DNA from: Octopus vulgaris
Taxonomy: Eukaryota
Length of the DNA stretch: 64,000 bases
Assembly: GCA_951406725.2 (NCBI GenBank)
Contig: OX597818.1
Span: forward strand, 110,298,001 to 110,362,000
Direction: 5' to 3'
Shown: positions 27,960 through 42,585 of the stretch, piece after piece
Layout of the letters: every line of letters begins with the position of its first letter
How positions within the stretch are numbered: position 1 is the first letter of the stretch
The notes under the pieces: generated by a model
Told to the model about the DNA's origin: nothing
Seen by the model: only the letters and a program-made list of their open reading frames with translations
The model's database searches: none
Program-made: the position numbers and the translations under genes

Positions 27960-28761
27960 GTGTGTGTATATCTTCCTATATATTTTATTGTTCAGCTTAT
28001 AATTCTGTGATAATCAATGAAATAACATCATTAATACTGGGAACTGGATGAATATACATGAATAATAACAGTGTGCATCGCAATCTGTATCCATAATTGC
28101 TGATAGTAATGCTATGCAAGCGGTTGTTGTTGCTCTCGATAATCTAGAGTATTATTATGAACTGCAAATGACAACAGGCCTTCTGTGTTGCTCTCGCTGG
28201 AATGCTTTTACTGCAATTACTCCAGCTAATGGGGTTTAAGGGTGAGCCTTTGTGTTCAGATCTGTTTTCATCCAATTCAGCAATGATAGCCTAATGTTTT
28301 ATTCATAGCAGAGAATTTCATTTGAGCTTTGAATAAATTTACTGCGAAACCATCCCAGCTAAATACAGGCGGGTGCATATCAATCACCGTGAAGAGAAAA
28401 TCTTTCAAAACTAATACAATATTATGAAGATGTACGTAGCTCTGTATCTTTGCTGGACCTTTTTGCAACAGCAATATGCCATCATGATGTGGTTAAAGCT
28501 CGTAGAGGAACATGCAGAGTTATCCATGAATATATCATCCAGAATTTGTTTTATAATGATTGATAGCATATTAAGAATAAAAGTGACAAGATATTATTCG
28601 GTCTGCACAGTTGGATATATATCACCTCCTCAATTCAATGAAAGGTCAGTTCTACAAATCCTGTCATCCTAAACACATTTTCAATATCCAGCGATCAGCG
28701 TTTGTCACTTTTATGCAAACAGTTACGTTACACGTCTAATCGCAAACAATGGAACAAACGC

Positions 28762-29040
28762 TTATTCTGTCGGTCACTTTTGCCGAACTGCTAAGTTACG
28801 CGAACGTAAACACACCTACATCGTTGTTAAGCGATGTTGGTGAGGACAAAGACACACAAACATACACACACACACACACAGACATATATATATGATGTGC
28901 TTCTTTCAGTTACCGTCTACCAAATCCACTCACAAGGCCTTGGTCGGCCAGAGGCTATAGTAGAAGACACTTGCGCAAGGTGTCATGCAGTGGGACTGAA
29001 CCCGGAGCCATGTGGTTGAGAAGCAAGCTTCTTACCACAT
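28762..29040 (-). mobile_element. SINE family A, partial
   Basis: Reverse complement of the family head and body. Confidence 0.75.
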
Positions 29041-29296
29041 TCTTGCAATTTTAGTATATATTTACTTTCTGAGAGATTTCTGATTTGCTGAATTGCTTCA
29101 CATCAATTTATCGATTAATGTCAATTTATCGATTTCTATCAATCGTGCTGCTTACATTTAATGAAATGAATATAATTAATTTATCGTTAAACTGAAGAGC
29201 CAGGTTTTATTTCGAACACATTTGGCCTTAATTCATCAGACATGTCTGTCTGTTTGCCTGTCTAAATATATGTGTGCGTATGTATGTGTGTATGTA

Positions 29297-29350
<54 letters not shown>

Positions 29351-29599
29351 TGATATTTATATTCATATACATAAATATGTGTATATATGTATATAAATTC
29401 ATATATTTGCATATATATACAAAGAGAGGAGAGAGAAAAAGAGACAGAGAGAGAGGAAGAGAGGGAAGCAGAGACAGGTGAAGGGAAAGGGAGAAAGAGA
29501 GAGGCGGAGGTGGGTCAGTGCGCGCACATGTGTGTGCCCTCTGTACACGTCTGAGTGTTAATGCAAATAAAGATGAGGTACCGAAAAGGATGGAACAGA

Positions 29600-29636
<37 letters not shown>

Positions 29637-30009
29637 AAAAGATCAAACATGCTTTTTTATTCCTTTTTCCCTGTTCTAAAGCTCGAAAGGTTTCCAGTGG
29701 GGGAAACTATGAGAAAATATATTTTAAATATACTTTTTAAAATTCAGTTTGAAATTCAATTTTTGGTTTTAATGGATTTTCGTTTGCTCTTGCAGTATTC
29801 GCTGTTGTCCAAGACACCAGTAGATTCTGATTCTTGGAGTTGAGAAATTTTTTAAAATGCGAGAAAATGTACAAAAAGAGAAATAAAAAAAGGGCAATGG
29901 GGAAAGAAGGATAACAAGAAAAAGAGAAATATATCATGAATATTGTGTTACTGTGATAGAACGGTGTTAGGCGGGCCGTCTATCGGATTGAAGGGCATTT
30001 AGTTAATTC

Positions 30010-30720
30010 GTTGGGAAGAAACTGGGAGAATTAGGGAGAGATAGGGAAACAGGAAGAATGGTAGAAGTGAGATGAATGAATAAGAGATGGAAAATCAAGA
30101 GAAAGGGTGTAGAGAAGGGCGGGGTGGAGCACCCGAGAGAATTCGATTAATAAAAACAAAGCCAAACTGAATGTAGTAAAACGGGAAAACAGAAAACGGA
30201 TTGGGAGAAAAAGAAGAAGAGAGAGTGAGGAATGTATTGAAGAGAGAAAGAAATAAAGAATTAAGAAAATAAATGAAGGAAGGAATGGGAGGGAGGGAGG
30301 GAGGGAGGAAGGAAGGAATGAAAAGAAGAAGAAAACGAAGAAAAAAAGCAACAAAGAAGCAAAGGAAAAAGAAGGAAAGAAATAAAGAAAGAAGGAAGGA
30401 AAGAAAGAAAGAAAGAAAGAAAGAAGGAAGGAAAGAAAGAAAGAAAGAAGGAAAGAAAAAAGACAGAAAGAAAATGAGTAAATAGATAAATATCAGAGAA
30501 AGAATACAATCAAAATAGGGATGAAATAGGGCAGGGGGGGGGAATAGCGTAGAAAGTGGGGATGGGGTGGTAGAAGAAGTCATGTAAGAAATCAATAATA
30601 GAAAGAGAAATATAGAAATGAAGAATGAAATGTTGATAGGAAGAAGAAATAAAATTGGAAAGAAGTCTATAAGAAAGAAAATGAAAAAGAATGGAAGAAA
30701 AGATCGAGATGGAAAAGATA
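30010..30720. repeat. Polypurine (GAAA/GGAA)-rich low-complexity tract
   Basis: Direct reading. Confidence 0.8.
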
Positions 30721-30742
30721 CCGTTGGTGTTCAACGAATGGG

Positions 30743-31188
30743 TTGTATAGATGTGTGTGTGTATACGTGTGTGTGTATACGTGCGCGCGTGTGTATAGAT
30801 GTGTGTGTGTGTATACGTGTCTGTGTACTTGTATGTTTGTATACATCTACGTGTGTGTATACATGTGTGTGTATACATGTGTGTATACATGTGCGTGCGT
30901 ATACGTGTGTGTGTACTTGTATGTTTGTTTACATGTACGTGTGTGTATACATGTGTGTGTATAAATGTGTGCATACATGTGAATATACATGTGTGTATAT
31001 ATATATATGCATGTGTGCATATATTTGTATACAGATGTGTGTATACATGTGTGTATACGTGTGTGTGTTTATACGCGTGTGTGTACTTGTATGTCTGTAT
31101 ACATGTACGTGTGTGCATACATGTGTGTATACATGTATGTGTATACATGTATGTGTATACATGTGTGTGTCTATGTGTATGTGTGTGT

Positions 31189-31245
<57 letters not shown>

Positions 31246-31255
31246 TGTGTTTGTG
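30743..31255. repeat. Compound (GTATACATGTGT)-like minisatellite and (TG)n
   Basis: gtgtacttgtatgt..tacat.tacgtgtgtg recurs at ~30823, 30911 and 31081. Confidence 0.8.
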
Positions 31256-31340
31256 TCACTGTTTGCTTTTATGTTCGGTTATAACGAAAACAATTTTACA
31301 TTAATCCGATGGCTTTCTTTAGACATTTGTAGAGCGAAAA

Positions 31341-31479
31341 TTTATTATCGTTAAACAACAATATTGTCGACAGTGACTTCGAAGTTTCGACCGGCCAAAT
31401 CAGCCATCACCCGACGATGGTTTCACTAGCAAAAACGTCGAAGTTACTGTCAATAACATTCTTATTTAATAATAATAAA
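31341..31479. mobile_element. Short palindromic element with HHR-like relic in both arms
   Basis: tttattatcgttaaa..gacagtgacttcga vs tcgaagttactgtc..tttaataataataaa; arms carry ..GATGG..GAAAC(G/T)TC. Confidence 0.5.
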
Positions 31480-31503
31480 TATATATATATATATATATAC
31501 ATA

Positions 31504-31535
31504 CAGGAGTTGGACAAAATAATGGAAGCACCTAG
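31504..31535 (+). mobile_element. Isolated Tc1-like terminal inverted repeat
   Basis: TA|CAGGAGTTGGACAAAATAATGGAAGCACC. Confidence 0.4.
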
Positions 31536-31568
31536 CATCATAGATAGATGGATTGATTGGTTGATTGG

Positions 31569-31606
<38 letters not shown>

Positions 31607-32506
31607 AACTGTATGACCTATTGCTGCAATTTGGTACCAACTGTTATGGAGAAATAGAAACACATACAAAAGGTAAAAATTGATAAATACCAGAACCATA
31701 AACAAAAAAATGGAAGTCGATGAAAATGGCAGAGAAGTCTGATGTATTTCGAGCCGAACAGTGAAAATAATGACAGCCTTCGTTGCCGCCCGGTTAAAAG
31801 AAAATTACTTAAATATGTTGTAAAATAGGAACAAAATACGTTTACATAACCCAACATAGAGTTAAAGTGTTGATAGTGTAGAGAAATATCGATTTTGTAC
31901 ATTGATACAAGGTCATATATTTTGGGCGATGGAAAGAGTTGATTAAATTAACTCCATCTTTTAACTGGTGCTTCATTTCTTCGAACCCTGTAGAATACAA
32001 AGCAGAATTGATCTCTCCCTCATTGATCTCGCTGATATTCCATAACTAAATACTTCAAGGGCATTTAGTTCGATAATCTATTGATTTATACATACACCAC
32101 CACGCACACATGGATACATCTTAGTTCTTAGATCCTCCATGCTGTCAGCCCAACGAACAACGGGCTATCGGCAGACATCTTGATTATATATGCTCTTAGG
32201 TTCAATCCGGCCGACTCTCAACGCTATTTTGTCGTCCCAGAACGTTCAGCACCAACTCTTATCACATATTTGGTCTCTCTCTCTCTCCCTCCACCTCTCT
32301 CTCTCTCCCTCTCCCGCTAATGAGTATAACCCTACCATTCTGATAATTGGTGAAGCCAGGTCACACGAGACTTGCTGATTTTGCAAGGTGAAACGAGGAA
32401 AAAAAACGTGAGGTAAAAAAAGGATGTCAAATGAGTTGTATACGCATAAGCACACATACACACAGACACACACACATACACACACATACACGCACGCACA
32501 GACACA

Positions 32507-32537
<31 letters not shown>

Positions 32538-32616
32538 CTACACGCATATAACCCCGAACGAAAAAAGACGAAATAACTAAATAATAGGGATGAAAAGAAA
32601 GATAGGCAGACGGACG

Positions 32617-32664
<48 letters not shown>

Positions 32665-32716
32665 GGCAGACGGACGGACGGACAGACAGACAGACAGACA
32701 GACAGGCAGACGGACG

Positions 32717-32758
<42 letters not shown>

Positions 32759-32776
32759 TAGATAGATAGAAAGATT

Positions 32777-32809
<33 letters not shown>

Positions 32810-32810
32810 A

Positions 32811-33592
32811 TTTCTTGATTGGCCACACAGGGCTGAACACAGAGGGGACAAATACAAATGTAGATCTTTTCTTTTCGAAAATAAAAAAGAAAAAGTGAAA
32901 AAAATTAGGAAAAAAGTAAAATTTCGATCAAAAGGGATCGGAAAGAAAAAGCGATCAAAAGGGATCGTGTATCACAGAAGAATGTTTAAAATGTAAAAAG
33001 CCAGATTAGATTTATCCGTGGAAATAAAAGCCTATAGAAAAGACCACGGTAACCTCAGGCCGGGATTAAATAAACACATAAGAGCAAAGGGCTCTCTCTT
33101 TCTCTCTCTCTTTTCGATTTACAGAATCATGCTCAAAGTGATTTCGTCACTCGCACGCACCATGTTTGCTACATTCACCCACGTTTTATTTTTTTTGAAA
33201 CTTTCACGAGACAAAACCTGCCTCTCCATTCTCACCTTCCTTTTCAAGTGACACTTGAAAAAGTTCATGAGCGATTGGCCAGAGTGGTAAGTGTTTGTCT
33301 CTAATCCTTTCGCTCGAGTCCACCACACAGATTCTTTCACCATGGCCACCAGTACGATGAAGACTGCCTTGCCTTCCCGGTTGAGGGTAGGTGGTGGAGC
33401 AATTGTCACGAGAGACTCGGCCGACAGGTGGACTCGTCCCACACGTGAGAGCAGCCGTTTGGCATAAGCCCACAGGTCCGAAATGGATGGACACTGCACG
33501 AGTGCGTGCAGAACGGTTAGTCCGGTGTGTCTCGAACCGTGCCTGTAGAGCTTATCCTGAACAAGTAATGCTTCTCGATAGCACTGTCACGC
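32811..33592 (-). pseudogene. L1/Tx1-like LINE 3' end (ORF2 C-terminus plus 3' UTR)
   Basis: ..TVLHALVQCPSISDLWAYAKRLL..VAMVKESVWWTR..FFKCHLKRKVRMER (C-terminal Cys/His knuckle region); flanked on both sides by (GATA)/(GACA) repeats. Confidence 0.7.
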
Positions 33593-33627
33593 CAGACAGA
33601 CACACAGACAGACACACAGATAGATAA

Positions 33628-33684
<57 letters not shown>

Positions 33685-35354
33685 CGAACAGACAGACACA
33701 AATATATATCAATATATCCATGAGTTTAGGTGAAGACATCACTATGTGATACTGGGATATCTTGCAGTTCGACAAATAGATATCGACTGAATAAATATTC
33801 AAATAAGTACGGAGGTCGGATTTTAGCACAAGGCCAGCAATCTTAGGCTGGAGTGGTCAGCCCATTACATTGAACTTCGTACTTTATCCAACCCGAAAGG
33901 AAGAAAGGCAAAGTTGACCCACAATATATAAAACCTAACTAAATTTATACGATTCGCTAACGATTCTAATTAATTAATTAATTGTTAATAATCCTATGAA
34001 TTTGCAAATAAACGACCAGATATTTTGATTGTGAAACCGCATAAACGAGCAGAGTTCAACGAAAATTAAATAAATGCAAATTGTTATGGTATAAGATATT
34101 TGAAATGGCGCTGGCGGTCATGTTGCTTTCGCTATTGATTCAATGAAGCCTTCTAAGGAGAGACGAGATAGTTTCGTTGTCCAGAAATTTATACAGATAT
34201 TTATCGTTTCGGTTCTGGTGAACGTATGCTCATTTCAACTGAAGTCTTTTATGTTGAACAATTAATCTTTTCGTCTATCTATCTATCTAGCTAGCTATCT
34301 ATATATCCATTTGTTTATCTATCTCTCTATCTTTCTGTCTAGCTGTCTATCTATTTATCTTTCTCTTTCTATCTATTTATGTATGTATGTATGTATGTAT
34401 GTATGTATGTATGTATGTATGTATGTATGTATGTATCTATCTATCTATTTATCTACGTGCGTGTATGTGTGTATGTATGCATTTATACGTTTGTGTTTGT
34501 GCGCGCGTGTGTGCATCTATCTGCCTACCTAAGTGTGTGTGTATGTGTGTGTGTAGAATAAGGAAACAAAAATAAAGCTCCTAACAATGGAGAACGTTTT
34601 ACCAAAACCTTTATATTTTAGGCGCAAAGGCCATCCTCAGAAGGAAGAAGTCCGAGAAATGACTGTTTACATTGATTTCGTTATTTGATTTTAAATTTCT
34701 TACCTTTTGGGTTAGCAGGAGTAGCTGCAACTCTTCAAAAGCTGGTGCGAGCAAATCTCCAATTGTTGATCGTTGTGAGGCATTTTCACCTATTGTTGTT
34801 GATGTCGTTATTGGTGGTGGTGGTGGTGGTGGATGTGGTGGTGGATGTGGTGGTGGTGGTGGATGTGGTGGTGGTGATGGTGACGATGGTGGTGGTGGTG
34901 GTGGTGGATGTTTTTTTTCGTATATTTTCTGTTGGTAGTAGTTGCCGTGATGTCTCCATAGGTGCTACCGGACCATCTCCGATCGATGGCACATTTTCGG
35001 CTTAAGGCAGTGGATGAATATAGCTTCATTGATACGAATATTTCCTGTGTTCCTCACCGAGGCTAGTATGGTAGTTAATAAAAAATAATAAATTAAAAGT
35101 GAACCACAATCATTTAAAAGCTATGACCCTAACAAACTTCATACAGTTCTTAGAAGTGTAGTATATTCTGAGTCACATCGGTAGCAACATGGACTTTCTC
35201 CCTCTTCTTGCTCTATTAGAGAATTTGAGCAAAATCATATTAATGTGTCCAACTCATTAAAAAATTCTATTTAATTATACAGCTGAGGATAGCCCTGCAT
35301 TTAAGCTGATGTAACGATTGCATTGAAACAGTCATACTGCATCACCTCTTGATA

Positions 35355-36044
35355 TCTTGATTGCTGCTTCGTTTCCGGATCGTAGCCGTACCACTAGCTT
35401 CGTCATCAGTAATGACCTTCGAAAAAAGTTTCGGATCAATTTCAAACTGTTTTATTTTTTTTTTGGGGGGGGGGTCAGTTCCCGACACGCATTCAGTCGG
35501 GACTGCTTTTGATTATCCGTGACAAAGCGAGGCACTACTTTTGCTGCAACTCATTTCATTTGCAATATTTCGCTCAAAACTCCTTGCTAGGAGCGCCAGG
35601 ATACACCAGGCATATCAACAAGTTTGTGAATGTTTCGACCACTGTCCTTCAAGATCAGTTTGTGATATTTTCATTCGTTTTGGGAGGTCGGCGGTTGTCC
35701 TAAACGAGGCTGGTCTTCAAGCGACAAGGGATCATTTCCTTTTGCTCATGGCAGCGTCCTTGTGAGCTGTTTGAAGCATAACATCTGTTTCGGTCACCGT
35801 CTTCCCCAGCAGAAAACAAAATTTCACGAAAGCACACAGTTCATTCGTTTCAACCATCACAAAAATTAATGGAGAAGCCCTGCAAAACGAAGACACACCA
35901 CCTGGAAGAACGCCGACTAACGACGATGGAGATTAGCAGACTGATGCCTGAGGATTCCATCAAGTGGCTTCCAGCGGCGGAGAACTGAACTACAATGGGC
36001 TTGTCCCACAGAGAACGTTTCCGGTTACTTCTGGGTACCTTTTG
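35355..36044 (-). pseudogene. Decayed mariner transposon 5' half
   Basis: VKFCFLLGKTVTET..LEDQPRLG..VAAKVVPRFVTDNQKQSRLNAC..KVITDDE..YGYDPETKQQS (WVPR and first catalytic Asp regions); TIR-like TA|CAAAAGGTACCCAGAAGTAACCGGAA. Confidence 0.8.
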
Positions 36045-36248
36045 TACATTATCCACACATATTTTACTAATTATGGCACAAAGGTTGTCAGAGTGTTGTC
36101 GAGAGTTTCACGTAAAACCGCCAGTAAAATGTCTGACCAGGCATCTATCTGAATCAGTATTGTACTGCTCGACAACATCAAAATATAATCATTCATTATT
36201 CATTTAGAATGTGCATTTTTGCCGACTCATGAGTAACTAGCTGCTAAT

Positions 36249-36315
<67 letters not shown>

Positions 36316-36784
36316 TATATGCATAATTATATATATGTACATATATACATATATGTATATTTATATATATTATTTATATACATATATATATATATGTATG
36401 AATGTATGTGTGTATATAATATGTATATATGTATGAATATGTACTATGTATACATACACACACAACCACTCACACATACACATTCAGATACACAAGCGCA
36501 CACATTTATATATATACATATAATTTACATACATATGTATACACGCATATACTTATACAGTTATTATATGGCTGATATTTTCAGCTTTTTTTTTCTTATC
36601 AACTGCAGTAATTGATCGACGTTTATGTTATCGACAGGAAAGATGTCGGTATCATTGATCAAAGCCAGATTTAACCTCAAAGCAAAAAATGTCCATTTTG
36701 TTCGACGCTCTGACAATTCCAACACCCACTCCGTTCCCACTTTCTTTCTATCTGTCTCTCCATCCATATCAGCGTACATATAAA

Positions 36785-37262
<478 letters not shown>

Positions 37263-38486
37263 CTATAATTTGAGATAACTATTGAATATTAGTACTTGAA
37301 ATGTTCTTGTAAATCACATATATAAAGGAGATAATCGCTGTAATATTGTGATTGAATCAATAAATCTTTCAATTTTCTCTTCTGTTAATACGGTTTATTA
37401 TTTAATCAACGGAAACCTGCAAGGAAACTAGCGAGGAATATCGAAGATCATTGAAATGTATTTGAGATATACGAAGGGATCGATATTTCAACGAAACTGA
37501 AGCAATGTCTTTATAATATACAAAGTATGACCAAAATGGAGGACAAAACTCATATAAGTTTTGTTTGTAACATTGTCTGGAATTTCTCAATGTTAGCTTT
37601 GTTTCTTACTTAACGATCCTTATCACAGTGGTGACCGCTTCTTCTGCGTGGAACCATTTCAAAGATCCGTATTATTCTTAGATGGAAATGTGGTTATACC
37701 TTCCATATGAAAACATTAAACCTCAAAGAAACTCTTTATTCTCTATCGTGACTTCCAAGAGATGAAACGATTCGAAAGATTCGAAATGTTAATAGTCATC
37801 CGAAAACAATGATTATGATATTAATCACATTTTTACAGATGTTTGCATATTTTATTGCAACCGCATTCGTAAGTCATTCAGAAACTGTTCGACGAACAAA
37901 GTTGCAGTAATAACGCCCAGGTTTACTGAAATGCAATAAAAAACCTCGAAGCAGAAATCACTTGTAACATTGCAATGACATCGGTTCTGAGCAAACGCTT
38001 GAATCGATCTTTGGGAGAACGATATTATTTCCCATGTTGCCCAATATTGATTTATTTTTTTGATAGGAGGAAATTATGCTGATTATATGAAGGGGAAGAA
38101 GCAGCAGCAGCGGCAGTAGCAGCAGCTCATCAGAAACAAATAATCAACTCAGATTTGTCCAAACAATATCAAATATTGCCAATGTTGTCACAGAAATCTC
38201 ATATATCGTCTTGTATGAGTCAATAAAATGTATAAATATCGATCAGCGAGTCATCCAGACTGCAAAATGTTATTAAGCAAGAGTCACATTAAAGAATGTT
38301 TTAAAAACAGGATAAATATCTATGGAATTGGATGGAACGTAAGGAGAGGGTTAATTCAACAACCTGAAGACGAGAAACTCGGAGGAATGACTAAAAAATA
38401 TTTAGTATTTGTTGTCATGGAAACGACGTTTATTTTGGAGATCTGCGTTTCGTTTCCGGTCAAATTTATTCATAATCTACATTAAC

Positions 38487-38710
38487 CTTTTATCTTTTAC
38501 TTGTTTCAGTCGTTAGATTGCAGTCATGCTGGGGCACCACCTTCAAGAAATTTAGTCCAACTAATCGACCCAGAACGTATTCTTTAAGCCTGGTACTTAT
38601 TCTATCGTTATGCTTTGCCGAACAGCTAAGTTACGGGGACGTAAACACACCAACGCCAGTTGTCAAGTGATTGTCGGGCATAAATACAGACACAAACACA
38701 TACACACACT
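38487..38710 (-). mobile_element. SINE family A 3' half
   Basis: Reverse complement of the family tail. Confidence 0.7.
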
Positions 38711-38801
<91 letters not shown>

Positions 38802-39194
38802 GTGCGTGTGTGTGTGTGTATAAATATGTATAAGATATAATTATGGTTATGTTTAAAACAATGTAAAAATGTCACGCTTCTGTACAGAAAAATTCAACCA
38901 GAAATATTACTGGGGGACAGGAATCAATAGATTCATGTATTTGAAATGATCGGCCAAAAGATGAAAGCTAATATCATACCAGGCAAATATAAACAAATTC
39001 GTTAGCGTTCAGAAGCTATTAATAGACCAGGTTCGCTCTCTTGGTAGACAGAATGTCAAATAACATACGTAGGCCTAACAATATCTACAATTTTTCAACA
39101 AAATCGATATCGAGTTCTAACAATAATGTATGACTCCTGGGGTTCGATTTTAAGCAATCGCTAATTTTCTAACAATGATAGCTTTCAGATAAAC

Positions 39195-39400
39195 TCTTTT
39201 ATTTGTTCCAATTATTTGACTGTGTCCATGCTGGAGCACTCCCTTTAGTCGAGCAAATCGACTCTAGGACTTATTCTTTGTAAGCCTAGTACTTATTCTA
39301 TCGCTCCATTTTGCCGAACCGCTAAGTTACGGTGACGTAAACACACCAGCATCGGTTATCAAGCAATGTTGCAGGGACAAACACAGATACACAAACATAT
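39195..39400 (-). mobile_element. SINE family A 3' half
   Basis: ccatgctggagcac..tttagtcgagcaaatcgac..ttgccgaaccgctaagttacgg. Confidence 0.75.
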
Positions 39401-40722
39401 ACACACACACACACACACATACATACACAAATATATATTAATGAATATATACGTATGTATTTATGCATGTTTGTATATACGAGACGTTTATGTCTCTCGT
39501 TCTATACAATTTGATTTTAATTGTTTTTAAATAAAAGACAAGATTTTTGTAATGTCGATGGTTGATCTTCGAAAGAATTTTCACTGTTATTTCTAGCATA
39601 TGCAGCAACAACCCCGCAGAGATTCGTATTCCTGTGGATAGTTTTCTTACGAATTAAACCTTCAGAGAAGGTCAATAAGAACTTTCAATTTAGGTTATCA
39701 TTGATTACTTTTCGTCTCCCTGGCCTCTGCCTTTGCTCTATATTTGGTCTTGGCCCAATCCACAACTTGGCAGTTAACAGAGAAGAAACCAGACGGATTT
39801 AGATAGAAACTGACGGGTTTTATTTACATTGCTTGAGACTAAAATATATTTTCCTTTCCTCGCTGTACGTGCACAGATCTGTGTTTATGTATATCTTCGT
39901 TAACGTGACTGTGTTTCAATGTGTTTCTATGTGGTTTTGTGTACCGTGTGTGGTTTTGCTGTGTAAGTGTGTGTGTGTTTGTTTATATTACAACTGGTAA
40001 ACCAATAGTAATAGTAATTATCTACGACTGATACACTGATAATTAATTAATTATTAATTATTAAACTAGTTCTCTTCCACCAATATTACAGGGTTGTTCT
40101 GTCAATTCAAGAAATCGTTCTAAACAAGAAAGTCATGTCTTGAATAATTACAGAAACTGCAATTTTTTAAGCTAAACAAGGTCCTTTTTTGCTGTTGCTC
40201 ATGCCAACGAAAGATGATCTACAATGTTACCTAACCTGCTAGAAGTAACAGCCTAATCTCCATGAAATCTCTCGCAACCGTCTTAAAACACTGAAGGAGC
40301 TTATAATAAGGTACCTGCCTTATTACAAATAAGTGCAATTGCCCTCTAAGTCAAACCCTGTCCACAGTAAATATTAAAAGTCGCTTTGAAATAATTCATT
40401 CTTCTGACAGAATGGTCGAGGTTGGAAATATTCTGTCGTAGGTCTTCTCAATTAGGGTTTGAACCGGGTTCTAAATAATTCTAAACAAAGGAAACATCAT
40501 ATACTTTCTGAAATGTAAAATCAAACCATCTACACGAATGCATAATTAAAAACCTTCACAGAGTACGGACTAGATTGGGTGTTGCTTTATTTTCTAAAAA
40601 ATGATGATTTACTAAAAAAATTTCGTCGTTCATCTGAAGGCTTTAATTTACATTTCACGATCTCATATATTTGATGGACAATGTTTGCTACCGTAGGTTA
40701 GTGCCCTACTTAATCCACAGTG

Positions 40723-41030
40723 TGGATGCACATGGCCTAGTGGTTAGAGCAGCGGACTTGCGGTCGAGCGATCGCCGGTTCGTATCTCACACGGGGCGAT
40801 GTGTGTGTTTATGAGCGAAACACCTAATCTCCACGCAGCTCCGGCAGAAGGTAATGGCGACCGTCTGCTGACTTTTTCGCCACAACTTTCTCTCACGCTC
40901 TCATCCTACAACTAGCAGCTTACCTGAGACAGACCGGCGTCCCGTCCAGGTGAGGAGCCTATACGCAAATGAATTCGGCAAATCGGCACTTATGACCCAA
41001 ACATGGTTCGAGAAGGAACAAACAACAATA
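40723..41030 (+). mobile_element. SINE related to family B, with TSD
   Basis: A box TGGCCTAGTGG, B box GGTTCGTATC; TSD aatccacagt at 40712 and 41031. Confidence 0.75.
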
Positions 41031-41059
41031 AATCCACAGTATTCTGTGAAGTCGTGACC

Positions 41060-41227
41060 AAACGATTACATCGAACCCAGTACGCAACTGGTGCTTAATT
41101 TATCGACCCCGAAAGGATGAAAGGCAAAGTCAACCTCGACGGAATTTGAACTCAGAACGTAAAGACAGATGAAATACAGCTAAGCATTTCGCCCGTCGTG
41201 CTAACGATTCTGCTGGACCGTCGCCTT
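41060..41227 (-). mobile_element. SINE family D
   Basis: atcgaccccgaaaggatgaaaggcaaagtc..ggaatttgaactcagaacgt. Confidence 0.8.
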
Positions 41228-42204
41228 ACAAATCCACAGTATTGTATGGTAACACAGGTCCTTAGTAGTTTGAGGCAAATTGAGAATTACATTTACTAAA
41301 CTATTATTTATTTATATGTAGAATATTGTAGTAATGACTGATAATTCTGCGATGCAGGTTCGATTCTTTTTTGCTGCTGTTTTACTTCTCTAACTATTTC
41401 CATTTATCATTGTGAGATGGGTTAAGGTCAACTAAGCTAACACACATCACACTACAGGGAGACAAAACTTTGACTGGAAACTTCTATGATAAATGGCAAG
41501 ACATATTCATTATAAAAAGGGAAGGATATTCGATAGAGGTGGAAAATGGGATTCACCGAACTATACGTACACCTCCTATATATCATTTTCTACCCCTCGA
41601 TATTTTGTGCACATGCAACCAAAACACCTCTGGCTGAAATTCATGTACAGATATCTCGAAAACATAGTCTGATGTCATATCGACACTACAGCTGCATTTA
41701 CGTAGAGAAACAAACCTGTCCCTTTATTACTAGTCGTGCAATGTCGACAGCTAAATCCTTCAAAATCACCAAGCCCCACAATGACAGCTCCCTCGTTGCG
41801 GTCAGCAAAGGGTTAAGCGGAATTTCAAATGAGACACACATGGAACACTTTTCACACATCTGAGCTAACTTTTCTGATCTTTTCTAGGCCACATCCTCGA
41901 AAAAGACAAAAAGAAAAAGTTCAGTCGATTGATTGGCACAGAATCACTCAACGGCTGCTCCACCGATTCATGAGAACATTTTATCAAAGTAAATTGATTA
42001 AAAGAATTTTTATTAATGTGCGTGTATATTAGTAATAGAAATAAGTATTTGATGGTCCTACAGAGTTTATTAATTAATTTATTCTACACAGAGATTAATT
42101 AAAAGAATTTGCGCTTAAAACTTTGATGAATAAACAGCAAAACCAAAAACAGAATAATATCTACTTTTGTTGTGTTTAATTAACCAAAGAACAATTACGC
42201 TTTG

Positions 42205-42585
42205 TTGTGTGCATGTGCGTGTGTGTGTGCGTCCGTTTGTGTGTGGGGGTATGTAGGTGTGTGTGTGAATGCGTGTGCGTGTGTGTGTGTGCATGTGTGC
42301 GTGTGGGTGTGTGCGTGTGTGTTTCTCTGTGTGTGGGTGTGTGAGGTGTGTGTCTATGGATGTGTGTGCATGGCGGTGCGTGTGTGTGTGCGTGGGGGTG
42401 CGTGTGTGCGTGGGTATGTCTGTGGGTGTGTTTGTTCGCGTGTGTGGGCGGTGTGCGATTGCGTGCGCGGTGCGTGTGTGCGTGTGTGTGTGGGGGGATG
42501 TGTCTGTGTGTTTGTGTGCGTCTTTGTGTGAGGCGTGTGTCTGTGTGCGTGTCTGTGTACGTGTGTGCGTGTGTCTGTGTGTCTA
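42205..42585. repeat. Degenerate (TG/GCGT)n
   Basis: Direct reading. Confidence 0.85.

Noticed and set aside
28040-28700. Complex sequence with short ORFs on both strands
   Set aside because: No motif recognised; frequent stops
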